From: Octopus vulgaris
Lineage: Eukaryota
NCBI GenBank assembly: GCA_951406725.2
Contig: OX597818.1
Coordinates: 3,720,001 to 3,784,000 of the forward strand
DNA length: 64,000 nt
Direction of reading: 5' to 3'
This document shows, one piece after another, positions 38,174-51,629 of the stretch. Every line of letters starts with the position of its first letter. The first letter of the stretch is position 1. The position numbers were made by a program, and so were the translations under genes. A model generated the notes under the pieces. That model saw nothing but the letters and a program-made list of their open reading frames with translations, did no database searches and was not told the origin of the DNA.

Positions 38174-39303
38174 AATCTATCTGTCTATCTGTCTGTCTGT
38201 CTGTCTATCATACACACACACACACTCACACAAATTCCTGTCTTTCTCTCACCCTACCTCTTCCATCATTCTTTTTTGTACTCCTCCTCTCCCAGTCTAC
38301 CATCCCACAATCTCCTATTTTTCCGCAGTTCAATAAGACCTTAGAGTGTCCTCTGCAGGTGTACAACGCATCATATCTCCAACAAACGCTGCATTCAATG
38401 TCAACTAATTAATTCTTCTATTACCATATCATTCCCTTTTCCCCTATTTGCAGTCCTGCCCCACTCAGTGCTAACAATACAATATCATTAAAGATGTTCA
38501 ATACATAAAGTTTTGAGTTTACAATATTAAATATTACGGTGAAGCTAGTCCAATATATTTTAGTTGAAAAGGAGAATATTGACGAAATATTGAGTTGGTT
38601 ATTAGAGTAAAGAAAGACATCTGATGCACACAAGAGTTGATAGAATGTGAGGCGTGAAAAGCTAAGAGTATATACGTTGCGATAGTGCCGTCTGGTTGGA
38701 AAATTGAAATTTCGAAGAGACATATGAGCAAGTCATAGAATATCACATATTTTTGTCTACAAAAGCACCAAGATTAAGTTTTTATATTTTTTATACATTT
38801 CCATGATCAATAAATATAAAAACTTTACTAATATCATTTCTGTTTAATACTAACTCCTTTCAATCTTTAACCTACTCAAACATTAACTCCACTCGAACTA
38901 CTCAAACGGGAAACGCCCCGATCGCATTTCAACAGAAAACGTTATTGCACACCACCTATGTAACTGAATATTTGATTATTATTTGGGAGTCTAACTTTAC
39001 ACTCTTGCAACAATTACTTTTGGGTAAAATATTGAAACAGAATATAGGGATATATTCAGTCGTTATGGTGTCGTCTATTTGGGACACCGGCTCGACACTG
39101 ACTTATTTGACATCAGACATTTTAATGTTTCTCTGGGTTTTCTCTCTCTCTCTCTCTCTCTTCCTCTCATCCCCTCTCTTTCTCTCTCTGGTTATGCGTG
39201 TTACATCTAGTAATGTTTGTATGTATAATGTCTCTCCCCCTCTCTCACTCTACCTGTATGTGTATATTTCTGCATGCGCGTGTGTGTGTTGTGTGTATGT
39301 TTG

Positions 39304-39355
<52 letters not shown>

Positions 39356-39389
39356 TGTGTATGTGTATGTGTGTGTGTGTGTGTGTGTG

Positions 39390-39425
<36 letters not shown>

Positions 39426-40268
39426 TATGTGTGCGCATGAGAGAGTACTGTGTGTGTATTTCCCTCGAGTACCCATAAAAGAAATACTGTCACCAAAAAT
39501 CAGTTGAATGTCCAGTCAGCCGTACCAAATCGTCAGCATCCAAATAGTCGTATTCAGTCATTTCGTCCTGAAATATAGTTTTAAAGTTTACGAGAGTTCG
39601 AGTTCGAACAAATAAGTTATCACAACGATTAATTTTAAGTAGAGTTGCTGTTGTTTATTCCAACTCAGCTCTGATGAAGCAGACCAATGACCAAAGACAT
39701 GCCATTCGTAGATTGGCATGTCTTATATTTTTTAAAACGGTGGGAGGAAAATTTAAGAGACGTGCTTGTCTTCTCTCTGTTTCTTCGATCACTACAACAG
39801 TGGCCTCTCCTTCTAAGTCCTTCTTAGTGTGTCTCTACTACTCGAGATCTCCCGACCCACTTATCTCTCCAACTTTTGTTTCCCTTGTTCGCCCCCGCTT
39901 CCTCCCACTAACCACTTTGTCCAATCCTTCACTCTGGAATTTTCTTACTCATGTCATTCCTGAAGATGTAAAACTACAATAGTTTAATCAGAACATTATT
40001 GGCATCAAACTCACCAGTTTTGGTGTGTGTACGTGTGTGTGGGGGGGACTGACTGGGGTCATGGGCTCTGACTATTTCTCGAGATTCATAGAATCAAAAA
40101 TCAGTTGTCTCCCTTTAAGTCATCACTAACTGAGTCAGTGTTCCATCCCAGATGTTTTGGTTTGTCCTTGATAATATTTGAATCTAGAACAATGTCTTTG
40201 GTTCTTCCTTTACTTATTCATGCTAAACTAACGTTTCAATTAATGGGGATCTCTTTGTTTTCTACCAG

Positions 40269-40447
40269 TAATGATTCCAACACTGTAGTGTACAGTAGCA
40301 TCTTGTGGTACCAAATTGCCAGAGCGGTTCCTGAAAAAAGCGGTCTCCCAGTTTCAGAGGTGACCACTGATATGAAGGACGACGAGAAGGAAAACCGTAT
40401 CATCGTCACTCCGACTCACACCTTAATTTTCAAAAGTATAAAAGAAG
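40269..40447 (+). CDS. Next exon of the Ig-domain protein (C-NDSNTVVYSSILWYQ..NRIIVTPTHTLIFKSIKE)
   Basis: ttttctaccag acceptor, G|gtaaca donor, phase 2-1; split codon TG|T gives CHFC; C-strand W and E-strand TLIF. Confidence 0.7.
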
Positions 40448-41472
40448 GTAACAACTTATTAGTGACGTTTTAATCTGTAATCTTTACTGTCACAGCATTT
40501 CTTCTTCTTCTTCTTCTTCTTCTTCTTCTTCTTCTTCTTCTTCTTCTTCTTCTTCTTCTTCTTCTTCTTCTTCTTCTTCTTCTTCTTCTTCTTCTTCTTC
40601 TTCTTCTTCTTCTTCTTCTTCTTCTTCTCATTTATAATGTCGTCACGAGGATACCCTCACAGGAGTGGGTGTTATGTTTCGTCAATTGAAATAACGTCCT
40701 CAGTATATGACTGGTTCTTGATCCGCTAGGATTAGGAACAAAATCTCCCTAAAATTGCACACTGTTGTGTTTTCAGGGATTACATTCAATAATGTTGTAC
40801 TATACATACACTATATCTGAAAATAGATGGAATAGTCATGGTTGGAACATGTCTGATCATGGATTCTATTGGATCAAAGTTGACCTGGGGTTAAACAAAA
40901 CACAAGTGTGCTCATAGTTTAAACTCCGTTGATAACAATTTGCATATGTTTAATCGACTTGGTAAAATAAAAATAAACTTCAACGATGTTATTGAAATTA
41001 CGATCTACTACACCCTGTCAAATACCCCGAGTCGCGAATAACCATTGTAATGACCCGACAAACTTTACATTTGTGTATTAAGGCAACCATTGGTCTCATG
41101 TAAGTAGAATGTCTTAATATCTTAAAAGTTTTTCAAGCCTATCGCATAGAGGAATAGTGTTTGTCTCCATTTTGGATAAAAAATGGAGATGAACTTAAAC
41201 TCCGAATTCTTCAGGACGTCAAAAGTGGCTCTAAGAGAAATTCAAGACAAGCTAATATGGTTCGATGAAGGAAGCCGAACTAATGGTAAAATCTCTGTGT
41301 CATTGTTTAATGGCTGCATACCCAATAAGCGCTGCGCAAACCATCTGCAAATTACGAACTTTACGGTTATTACGTAACTTAGAGATTCTTGAAACAGCAG
41401 TCGAATTAAGAAATTATTATTCACTTAGTATTCTGTATTTTTCATGCTCTATGTAAATATATTTGTGTGTGT

Positions 41473-41629
41473 AGGCGTAGCTGTGTGGTAAGTAGCTTGC
41501 TTACGAACTACATAGTTCCGGGTTCAGTCCCCCTGCGCGGCACCTCGGGCAAGTGTCTTCTGCTATAGCCTCGGGCCGACCAAAGCCTTGTGAGTGGATC
41601 TGGTAGACGGAAACTGAAAGAAGCCCGTC

Positions 41630-41671
<42 letters not shown>

Positions 41672-41885
41672 GTATGTGCGTATATGTTTGTGTGCCCCCC
41701 AACATCGCTTGACAACCGATGCTAGTGTGTTTACGTCCCCGTAACTTAGCAGTTCGGCAAAAGAGACCGATAGAATAAGTACTAGGCTTACAAAGAACAA
41801 GTCCTGGGGTCGATGTGCTCGACTAAAAGCGGCGCTCCAGCATGGCCACAGTCAAATGACAGAAACAATTAAAAGAGTAAAAGAG
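41473..41885 (+). mobile_element. tRNA-derived SINE with internal (TA)n
   Basis: A box tagctgtgtggtaag, B box ggttcagtccc, body ggcacctcgggcaagtg, aaagagt-repeat tail. Confidence 0.85.
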
Positions 41886-42029
41886 TGTATATGTTTATCT
41901 TTCTGAATATCTGTACGTGAGTCTATGTGTATCTCTCCCGCCGCTCTCCCTCTTTCTCTCTCCCTCTATCTATCTATAAAATTGTATATATTACGTATAA
42001 CATATAATATATATATATATATATGAATA

Positions 42030-42065
<36 letters not shown>

Positions 42066-42154
42066 TGTATGCATGTATGTATGTATGTATGTATGTATGT
42101 ATGTATGTATGTATGTATGTATGTATGTACATATATACATATGTACATATATAT

Positions 42155-44400
42155 TAGAAGAAAACACAGAGTGCTCCATTTCTCGTCCGGCTGCAATCAC
42201 TAGCTGAGCGCCGTGCTTCGACAAGATTTCGGCCTATTAAGCTTAGTATCTCTCCACACGGTAGACCCGCAACAGCTGGACGTATTGCGTTGCAACCGGA
42301 CTCATGACAGTTCTGTGGCCTTATCTGCATTTATAAACCTCCTGGTAATCCAAACACTACCCTCAACTGCTTTCTCCCCACATTTCTTGATGGTCTTCCT
42401 CACAGCAGATACATCAGCCACCTTCAGAGACCTGAATGAAGCTGCTGGGAAACCCCAGCAGCCGACCTCGAATGCAACTAGCTAATAGATGTAACCTTTC
42501 TCCCGAATCTCAGCTACCAGCTCTTCATAGCCCAACAGCTTCCGCTCATGGGCCTCAGCAATGCTCTCCTCCCATGGAACAGTAAGATCCCCAAGGATCA
42601 CACGTCTCTGAACCTCAACTACCAAAACCAGGTCGGGCCGGAGTGCTGACACAACGATGCTTTCAGGCTTGTCCACGAACACCTCCCATTTTCTGTCTTC
42701 GGCCTAACGAGGTTTCTGTCTCTTTGGCCTCACACCTTGCTTCACAAATGCTGTCTTGCGCAAGCTCAGCTCAGGCACTGGACCCTCTCTTGCAGCCGAA
42801 GCAACAACGTTTAGCACTAAATTATGTCTAAATGTATACCATCCATACTGGTGTGTTTTGGGGCAAGCTGACAGCATGTGTTTGAGGCTGCCAATACTTT
42901 CCACACAAGTGGCACTGTGGACTCTCTTGGATACCCCACTTTTTGAGATTTGCTGGAGACGGATGCACATCATATGCAGTCTTGATCAGAGCTTTCAAAT
43001 GCCCTGCACTTAACTACCATCAATCAGACCAACTCAATTCCAGCTTTTCGACATCATCCCAATTCAGCCACCGACTCTGCTGTGCTTGTTGCACTGCGTG
43101 ACACAGGCACCTCTCATCTTCCAGCTGCCTTACTTGTTGTTTACGTATCTTCCGCTGTTCTTGTACACTTAACTTAGACCAGAACCGCTCTCTCTTGACA
43201 AGTCCCACACCAGCCCTGCCGTCTATAATCCCTCCACGCACTTCATCATGCCGGGCCATCACATGAAGCTGCTGTACCACCTCAGTGACCTTCCATTTCC
43301 TACCAGTGTTCAAATCTGGTGGATTGTCCTGTATCACAGTGTCCCTTGACTCAGACAGCATTGATTGCAGACCCACCTTGAAGACCTTGTATTCCTCCAT
43401 TATTGATGTCAGGGGCAAATGGAGCATACCATAGTTGCCATAAAGGGCGACAGATGAAAGGCACTTCGAAAGGCCAAGCCACTTCCTTACCATCTTATTG
43501 ACCTTACGTTCAATTGTTTCAATCCTTGTTAGAGAAACTTCATACACAGTTATGGGCCACAGCAGTTTTGGGAGCAACCTAAAATGCATGCACCACACCT
43601 TGAACTTCCCTGGCAAACTTGCTTGATCAATGCTTTTTAGCCCTGTCTCTGCCTGCTTATGCAGTTCAACACCACGATGTCTGTCTGTAAAGAGAAAACT
43701 ACCATCTTCCCAGACTTTTGATACTTTGCTCACAAGCAGTTGGTATTTGCTCTCCACCGATGCGGAAAACCAAATTTACGAGCGATCCACCCTTCAACGA
43801 AAGGTTTAAATCCCCCCCCCCCGACTCCATCTGACCAGTTCAGACAATCTATTCAAAACGTCTCTGGCATCGTTGATATTATCCTGGATGCCCTCAATTT
43901 TACTTCTCCTTGGTCGAACCTGTGCTCAGGTTTTAAGCTCCCCGGTATGACCTCCATTATCATCACAAAGAGGATTGGGGAGATGGCGCAACCCATTGCA
44001 ATCCCCTTTTGTAGACCAATGTATTCAGTGGTGTACTTTGCAGTAGAGAACCGAAACACGAACTGGTCAAAGTATGTAGATAGGACGCTTCGAAGTTTCT
44101 GGGGTACATAGAATAACTCCATGGCTTCCTGTATCATGTTATGAGACACAGAACCATTTGCATTTGCTAGGTCCAGCCATACAACACGCAGCTCCTTACG
44201 CAATGCTTTCTTCTCTTTGATATTAGCCCAAATCCTTGAGACATGCTCAAGGCATCCTGGGAACCCTGGTACACCTGCTTTCTGTATACTAGTGTCCACA
44301 AAGCCATTAGCAAGCAAGTAGTGAGCCGCTTTGCAAAGACAGTGAAGAAGACTTTTCCCTCAACATTCAGCAAAGAGATAGGACGAAACCGACCGAGTGT
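42155..44400 (-). mobile_element. HERO/NeSL-like RLE non-LTR retrotransposon, 5'-truncated and frameshifted (copy A)
   Basis: IQKAGVPGFPGCLEH, WLDLANANGSVSH, GIAMGCAISPILF, LPGKFKVWC, RHNLVL, RPDLVL..DLTVPWEE..ERKLLGY; 3' end abuts (TA)/(TATG)n. Confidence 0.88.
42189..42252 (-). ncRNA. Non-circularly permuted hammerhead-like motif in 3' UTR (variant or degenerate core)
   Basis: GAGA-TA-CTAAGC..GGCC-GAAA-TCTT..GCTCAG-CTAGTGA-TTGCAGCC. Confidence 0.55.
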
Positions 44401-44587
44401 CAGAGTCTTTTACATCCCCAGTGGACCAGAAGACTCATCCTAGCCCAGCGATGGACCGGAAGATTACTTATTGGCTTGGGTTTGCCAGACTTGAGGCAGG
44501 CGCTATCTCCAAAAGGCTACAAAGAGCCATCCCACCGTCCCTGCACAGGCAGGCCAGTTCATAACTGCCATTTGTACATATATATAT

Positions 44588-44618
<31 letters not shown>

Positions 44619-44859
44619 ATGTGTGTATACATACACACATACATACATGTGTGTGTATGTACATATATATATATATGTATGTACATTTATATATATATAT
44701 ATATATATATACATGTACACACACACCTGTATGTTTACGCACACATACATTGGCTTAATTTTTAGGATTGTTCTCGTTTCCCAATCGTTCTTGATGGTCT
44801 GATTTGTGATGCACAGACATCTGAAGCAGATCTGTCCACGACACCCTCCACTTCATGTG

Positions 44860-45345
44860 ATATGTCATTGAAAGTGTTGATAAAGAACTTTACGAGGCGG
44901 GGTCCCTGATCAATTCGACCAATACTTGGTGGCTGTTCACACAGTGACGGGTTCAACCCCGTATTCCTCTGTTGGATTGCTGCAATGTACAGCTACATCT
45001 ACTCAGGAGTTCGGATGGATGGTTACCTATCAGAACTATTTAGCATCATGAGTTCGGTTCGTGAAGGTTGGCCGCTCTCATCCCTTCTGTACCTACTGAG
45101 CTCACAACGTCTGGAGAACAGGAGACGTTGAGGAATATCTCGCGAATTAGAACATGGAAGAACCCATGTTGGCATACGCACAGGACGTCACCTTCACAGT
45201 GTCGGACACTAGGCACGTAGACATGATGGGCGGTGATAGAAGCAAAGATTAATCAAAAAAATTCAGTGGGCCTGCAGCTCGGCACTTGGAGAGGCAAGTC
45301 CATGCCGTCCAGTAACGTCGTTGGACGTTGAACGAAAGGACTGGT
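44860..45345 (+). mobile_element. L1/Tx1-like RT fragment
   Basis: Matches the 23100-23500 region in the opposite orientation (ctgcagctcggcacttggagaggcaagtccatgccgtcc). Confidence 0.75.
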
Positions 45346-45354
45346 GTTATTTTT

Positions 45355-46135
45355 ACTGTATTGAAATTGCTTTACGTAGGATGTGTGTGGTGCCTAGCAG
45401 TGCTATTTTCTGTTATATACATTCGTAAGTCCTGATATTTTAGTTGTGTATTTCTCTGTATATTTTAAATCATGCCTAATGCACTTATAGAGATTATTTC
45501 TGTCTACAGGGCCCCACATTCTGGTTATCTCTTTTTCTAGATCTTTGTATTTCGAGAGTTTCCCCGTTTGTTTTTGAGATACATTGTCATCTGTTGGTAC
45601 TAATATGTCGATTTGAAGGCATCAATTTTCTTCGTAATCCCTGACAACAATATCCGGCCTATTAACCCTGATCTCTCTATCTGTGTGTATTGGCATATCC
45701 CAGATTATGGTTGCTTTGTCATTTTCTGAGACATTTTCTGGGACATGCCTCTACTGTTTTTTCCTTTTGTCATTCCGTAGTGCGACACAGCTTGTAGTGT
45801 ATATAAACCCCAACTTTGCCATGTCTGTGGTTGTATTTCTTCTTGGCAACCAGACACTGGGCAACCTGAGACAATATGTTTTATTAGTTGTTTCCCCATC
45901 ACTATATATTCTGCAGTTACATATTGTATTTCGCTTCATTATGTGTTTTTGGTGGTTTCTGGTGGGGAGGCTTTGACCTTGTGCCAAAATTAAAACCCTT
46001 CAATCTTTATTTTGAGACGCAAACTTCTCAACCAATGCTGGAATTTTATTTTGTCTAATTCTTTTCTGTTTAGATTATCTCAGTATTTTTCCTGTAGGGG
46101 CTTTTCTTGCCATCGTTTTATCATGGTATTTTACA
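45355..46135 (-). mobile_element. Dong/R4-like 3' fragment
   Basis: CRIYSDGET, HIVSGCP, IIWDMP..DRE..NRPDIVV in broken frames. Confidence 0.75.
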
Positions 46136-47196
46136 GTTCCAATCTTAGCTTAGTTTTTAGTTGCATTCGCCGAGGTCGACTTTGCCTTTCATCCTTTAGG
46201 GATCGATAAAATAAGTACCATTTAAGTATTGGGTCGATGTAATCGACTTGACCCTCCCCAAAATTGCTGGCCCTGTGCCAAAATTTGAATGTATTATTAT
46301 TATTATGATTGTTGTTGTTGATGTTGTTGTTATTATCATTATTATTATTGGTTTTATTATTATTATCAATAATATTAAAACGTTTAATTTTTTTGTTGTT
46401 TTTGTATGTATCTCTGGTGTGTGCCAGAGGAAGAGGTAAAAAGGTTGAAGGTACAAAGAGAGAGAAAGAGAGGAGGGAAAAAACGGAGTGAGAGAGAAAG
46501 AGAAAAGGGAGAGAGAGAGAGAGGGGGGGGGGAGTGGTGACTGATAGGAAGAGAGGAAAAATGTTAATCAGTATTTTCAGAATAGACTGATACATACATC
46601 GAAAGAAAAGTAGATACATAGATCGAAAGAAAAGTAGATACATAAATCGAAAAACAAGTAGACACATAGATCGAGAAAAAAGAAGATACATAGGCACATT
46701 GGTAAATCAAAGACAAATAACTACAGAAAATATTGGATGTCACTTTCACTTTTCATTACCACACCAGGATAAAATTAACGTGCAAGTGGCTGAGTACTCC
46801 ACAGACATGCATTAACGTAGTTCTCAGAGAGATTCAATCTCACACAAAATCTGACAAGGCTGGACTCTTTGAATTACAGCTACAACTCGTTTTGGACAGC
46901 TGAGTGGACTGGAGCAAGATAAAGCTTCATTTGGTTGGAAGAAAACGAAAAAGATCCAATAAAGGGGCAGGAAAATCTCTTTCGTCGTTAGGGTCTCTAT
47001 GGGTGTTAATACAGTCCTAACAGCGGCCTATCTATTTATCTATCAATCTGTCTGTCTGTCTGTCTGTCTGACTAACTGTTTGTCTGCCTGTATATTTATC
47101 TATCTATTTGTCCATCTATCTATCTGTCCATCTGTCTGTCTGTCTGGCAGTTATTCTGTCCATCTGCCTCTCTCTTTCACACACACTCTCTCCCTC

Positions 47197-47250
<54 letters not shown>

Positions 47251-47739
47251 AATATCTGTGGATGCTACTGTTACTTTTCCATACTTGAATGACGAGGTAG
47301 AAATAAAAATAAAAATAAAAGGTGTTAAGCAGAGGAGGTATACTTGAAGTGAGCGGTAAAGCGAGAAAGCGAGAGAGGAAGGACAGAAAGGGAATGAGAC
47401 AGAAAGTGAGTGAGTGGTAACTGAAACGAAGGTGATGTTTGTTTTGTGTTTTTAAATGTTTATTAATATTTTCAGAGTAAACAGATACATTTCCACTGCA
47501 AATATTGGATGTTACTTTTATTCTCGTACAATTACCGTATTCTGGGTCATCAACCAGTATTGGATATTACTATAAGTGTTACAATATAGAAACATTTCAC
47601 ATAGCACCAGCACACAGTTTACAGATGATTACATTTTAAATACTTTCCGTGAAGTTTTCACGGGTTCAGCTAGTTATCATTATTGTTAATATTATTATTA
47701 ATGCTATTATCATTATTATAATTTTCATATACACACAAC

Positions 47740-48500
47740 AGATTAGACTGTTGGAAAAGAAAAAATCCAAACATCCAGCTACAACAAGTAGCCTTAGACG
47801 CCAAGAACCCCCCTAAATATCTTAGCTGTCCCTAATAACATTGTTTTCTCGAGCTATATATCTATTTCCTCTATCCATCTGTTCAGATCTTTAGGGATAG
47901 TTCCCAATGCACCTATAACTACTAGGATACATTTTACCCGCACTTTCCATAAGCTCTGTAATTCAATAGCTAGGTCTTGGTATTTTGCTTTTTTCTAAAC
48001 CTCTCATCATTTGAGACTGTAAAGTCAATTATCTGGCACTTTCCATTCTCTTTACCTACTACTACTACTACTTTCTAGCTTTGCTAATTCAGTTTTTGTC
48101 CAATCTACAAAAGCTGCTGAATATCTAAGTAATGATACTGCCCATGTATTTACAGCCTTCACTAGATTCAGACCATTCAGCTTTGACTTCAATAGCATCC
48201 TTCTGATGTACTCCTTCTCAATTTTTGTTTTCATTTCTTTAGTTAGTACTCTGTTAGATTCTAATACTCCTAGATACTTCTAATCCTCTCCGCCTTTCAA
48301 TGATTTTAATGTTTGGCCATCTGGTAATTGGATGCCTTTGCTATTGATTACCTTCCCATGAGTAATATTGCACACTTATCTATGCCAAATTCCATGCCTA
48401 TATCTTTGCTGAAGCTTCTTATAGTCTGTATTAAGGAATCTATCTCTTTTTCATTCTTGCTATTTGTAGTACAAATGGTCAATTTCTTTACAAGTTTGTT
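47740..48500 (-). mobile_element. Dong/R4-like fragment (same family as 59515-63560)
   Basis: KLNGLNLVKAVNTWAVSLLRYS; 3' end cagattagactgttggaaaag shared with 59521. Confidence 0.75.
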
Positions 48501-48519
48501 TATTCTGGTAGCATAAAAA

Positions 48520-49455
48520 TCTAGAGTTCTGGAGCTGATGAACTCATTAAACGTACTTTCAGCATCGGTTTGATTTTCGAACTCCTCTCGCAGGAAACCA
48601 TCAAAGTGCTTGAAAAAATGGTAGTTGGTAGGAGAAAGGTCTGAGAAGAATTTGGGAGGGAAGAATCGTGGTCAAGTTCCCTCAACTTCTGGAGCGTCAT
48701 TAGTGAAACGTCTGGTCGAGAATTGTCATGAAGAATGATTGGCCCTCTTCTGTTGACTAGTCTGGGACGGAGGAGTAGCAGTTTTTCGTTCAATTTGGTA
48801 ATTCCTGTCAATATGTTTCTGTAGTAATGGTTTTAATGGGTTTTAAGAAGTTATGGCGTATGAATCCAGCAGTACACCACTAAACAGTCACCATAACCTT
48901 CTTTTTGAAGGGCTCGGGTTTAGAGGAGGTTTTTGGTGCTTCAATTTGGTCCAACCACTGCGAAGAACGTTTTTTCATTATTGTAACTTTTATTGCAAGG
49001 TACAATACGGTCGAGAAATGGATCAGTCTGGTTACGGAGAAGAAGCAACGAGCAAATTTCATATATGCGTATTTTCTGATTTTTATTCAAATTGTGTGGT
49101 ACCCATTTGTCGAGCTTTTTTGATTTTCCGATCGCATGCAAATGTTGCAGGCAGTTTTCTGGCTAACTTGAAGTTCTTTTGATAGTCTTCGAGTGATTTT
49201 ACATTAATCTTTCTGAGTGACGGTCTTTAATTGACCATCATCGATGACAGATAGGCGTCCACTACGCTCACGATCTTCAAGGCTCAGGTCTCCACTGCGA
49301 AATCGTTTAAGCCATTTTCGAGCTGACCACTCACTGGTCATTTCCTCACTAATCGTTTCGTTGATATCGCCTTGCAGTTTCAACTGCTTTACGTCCCTTT
49401 TTTTAAGTTGAATAGCAAAATTGCTCGAATATCACGCTTTAACGGTTCCATTCCA
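48520..49455 (-). mobile_element. Mariner transposase relic
   Basis: KLDKWVPHNL, KKVMVTV, PIILHDNSRPDVS; frameshifted. Confidence 0.88.
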
Positions 49456-49829
49456 GATGATTGTAACATTCCAGATGATTGTGTGCAGTGCCTAGTAGTG
49501 CAAATTTCTGTATGTTATATGTGTTTGTAAGTCCTGGTGTTTTTTGTTATGTATTTGTCTGAATATTTTTTTATCATGCCTAATGCACCTACTATGATAG
49601 GAATTGTTTCTGTTTTCAGATTCCACATTCTAGTTACCTCTATTTCCAGGTCTTTGTATTTTGAGAGTTTCTCCATTTCTTTTAGAGACACGTTGTCATC
49701 TGCCGGTATTGATACATCAATTAGAAAGCATTTTTTTCTTCATAATCTCTGACAACTATATCTGGTCTGTTGGCCTTAATTTCTCTATCTGTGTGTATCG
49801 GCATATCCCAGAGTATGGTTGCTTTCTCG

Positions 49830-49892
<63 letters not shown>

Positions 49893-49906
49893 TATTATTT
49901 TTTTTT

Positions 49907-50373
49907 TAAGGCGGTGAACTGGCAGAGTCGTTAGCGCGCCAGGCAAAATGCTTAGCAGTATTTCGCCCGTCGCTACGTTCTGAGTTCGAATTCCGCCGAG
50001 ACCGACTTTACCTTTCATCCTTTCGGGGTCGATAAAATAAGTACCTGTTGAACAGTTGGATTGATGTAATCCACTCACTCCTCCCTTTAAATTGCTGCCC
50101 TTGTAGCGAAATTTGAAGCCATTATTAAAGGCGGCGAGCTGGCAGTATCGTTAGCACTCTGGACGATATGCTTAGCGGCATTTCGTCTGTCCTTATGTTC
50201 TGAGTTCCAGTTCCGCCGAAGTTCACTTTGCCTTTCATCCTTTCGGGATCGGTAAGTTGATTACCAGTTGCGTACTGGGGTCGATGTGGTCGATTGTCCC
50301 CCTCTCCACAAAAATTCAGGTCTTGTGCCTTGAGTAGAAAGGTTTGTTATTAAGGCGGTGAGCTGGCAGAATC
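49907..50373 (+). mobile_element. Head-to-tail array of three SINE copies (last one truncated); other copies at ~33290-33480 (-) and ~46165-46290 (+)
   Basis: aaggcgg(t/c)ga(a/g)ctggcag at ~49908, ~50128, ~50352; B box gagttcgaattcc. Confidence 0.85.
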
Positions 50374-51399
50374 AATGTACTCTAATTCGAGGTTTTAAAA
50401 AACAGGCTTGGTAGAGAATTACAAAATGCATTTCTTGAGATGTACAGATGGAACATGCCACTTGCTTGTTGGTTTCAATGTAATTAGAATATCACCCCGA
50501 TACCTGTATTAACTGAAAGCTCACCAAACTGATACACCACAGATCATCAAATTAATATTTCTTACCCGCATTAATAACATATCATACTCCTCTATACTCT
50601 CCCTCCCTGTCTACATCTCTGTAGCCCACCCTGTCTGTCTGTCTGTCAGTCTGTCGCTGTCTATGTTTCTCCCCTCCTCTCTCCTCTTTCTCCCCCTCTC
50701 TCTAACTTTAGTAGTCCTTCTATATCTACATCTTTTCCAGCATCTTTCTTTTTCTGTCATATCGAGTGACCCAACAAATGATACCAGCGGGTCAGCAAAA
50801 CAATGACGGCATTGCTGTCATTGGTGTTGCTAGTGGTGTTGTTGCTGGTAGTGATGGTAGTGGTGATGTAATTAATGTTAGTGGTGGTGATGATGGTAAT
50901 CATGGTGGTGCTGGTGCTGGTGTCCATTACTGTCACAAAAAATATATGAGAACTGACGGCTGTTGATTATACGTGCCTGCTGTATATATGAAGTAGAGAG
51001 CTAATTTAAGACAATGTGAGGAGATATCAGGTCTCACATGTCGGTCTGAAACCCGATACTGAAGGAATCTGCCGCATAAAAATGCTTTTATGAAGCAGAC
51101 GAAGCAGAAGATATGGAATGCGGCAAGTTCTTCGCCAGATTTCTGTAAACGCCAACGAAAACGGAAACAACGCAAACATAATATACTTCGAGAATGGCAT
51201 TTGTAAAGGCAACATCTTCCGTGTTTACACCATCAGGCCCTTTCCAACATTTGTCTATACACGTATGTATGTATGTATGTATGTATGTATGTATGTATGT
51301 ATGTATGTATGTATGTATGTGTGTGTGTATGTATGTGTGTGTGTATGTATGTATTTATGTATGAGTGTATGTATCTATGTATGTTTATATATATATATA

Positions 51400-51629
51400 T
51401 AGTAATAAGGGTGAAATTAATTAATTAATTAGTAATTAATAATTTTACCAAGCAGTGTTCAGTATGTAAAAGGACCATTTACGGCAAATTTAAATATTAT
51501 TTTATATAATTAGGGTTCAGCAAAAATTGCTTTACCACACACCGAACTTTTAGAAATAGCATTCTTTGGCTGCTATTTCTAAAAGTTCGGTGTGTGGTAA
51601 AGCAATTTTTGCTGAACCCTAATTATATA
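51400..51629. repeat. TA-embedded element with 59-bp perfect hairpin (51503-51561 / 51571-51629)
   Basis: Perfect inverted repeat with 9-nt loop; related copy at 51645-51830. Confidence 0.85.

Noticed and set aside
39670-39712. CTGATGA as a hammerhead core
   Set aside because: No downstream stem II/GAAA; resembles the decayed repeat tail seen near 29940 and 40860.
41183-41377. ORF as the next exon of the Ig gene
   Set aside because: No DxGxYxC motif and no convincing phase-1 splice acceptor.
46575-46695. Regularly spaced ~24-bp repeats (tagatacatagatcgaaagaaaag) suggesting CRISPR
   Set aside because: No unique spacers and a eukaryotic context; a minisatellite.
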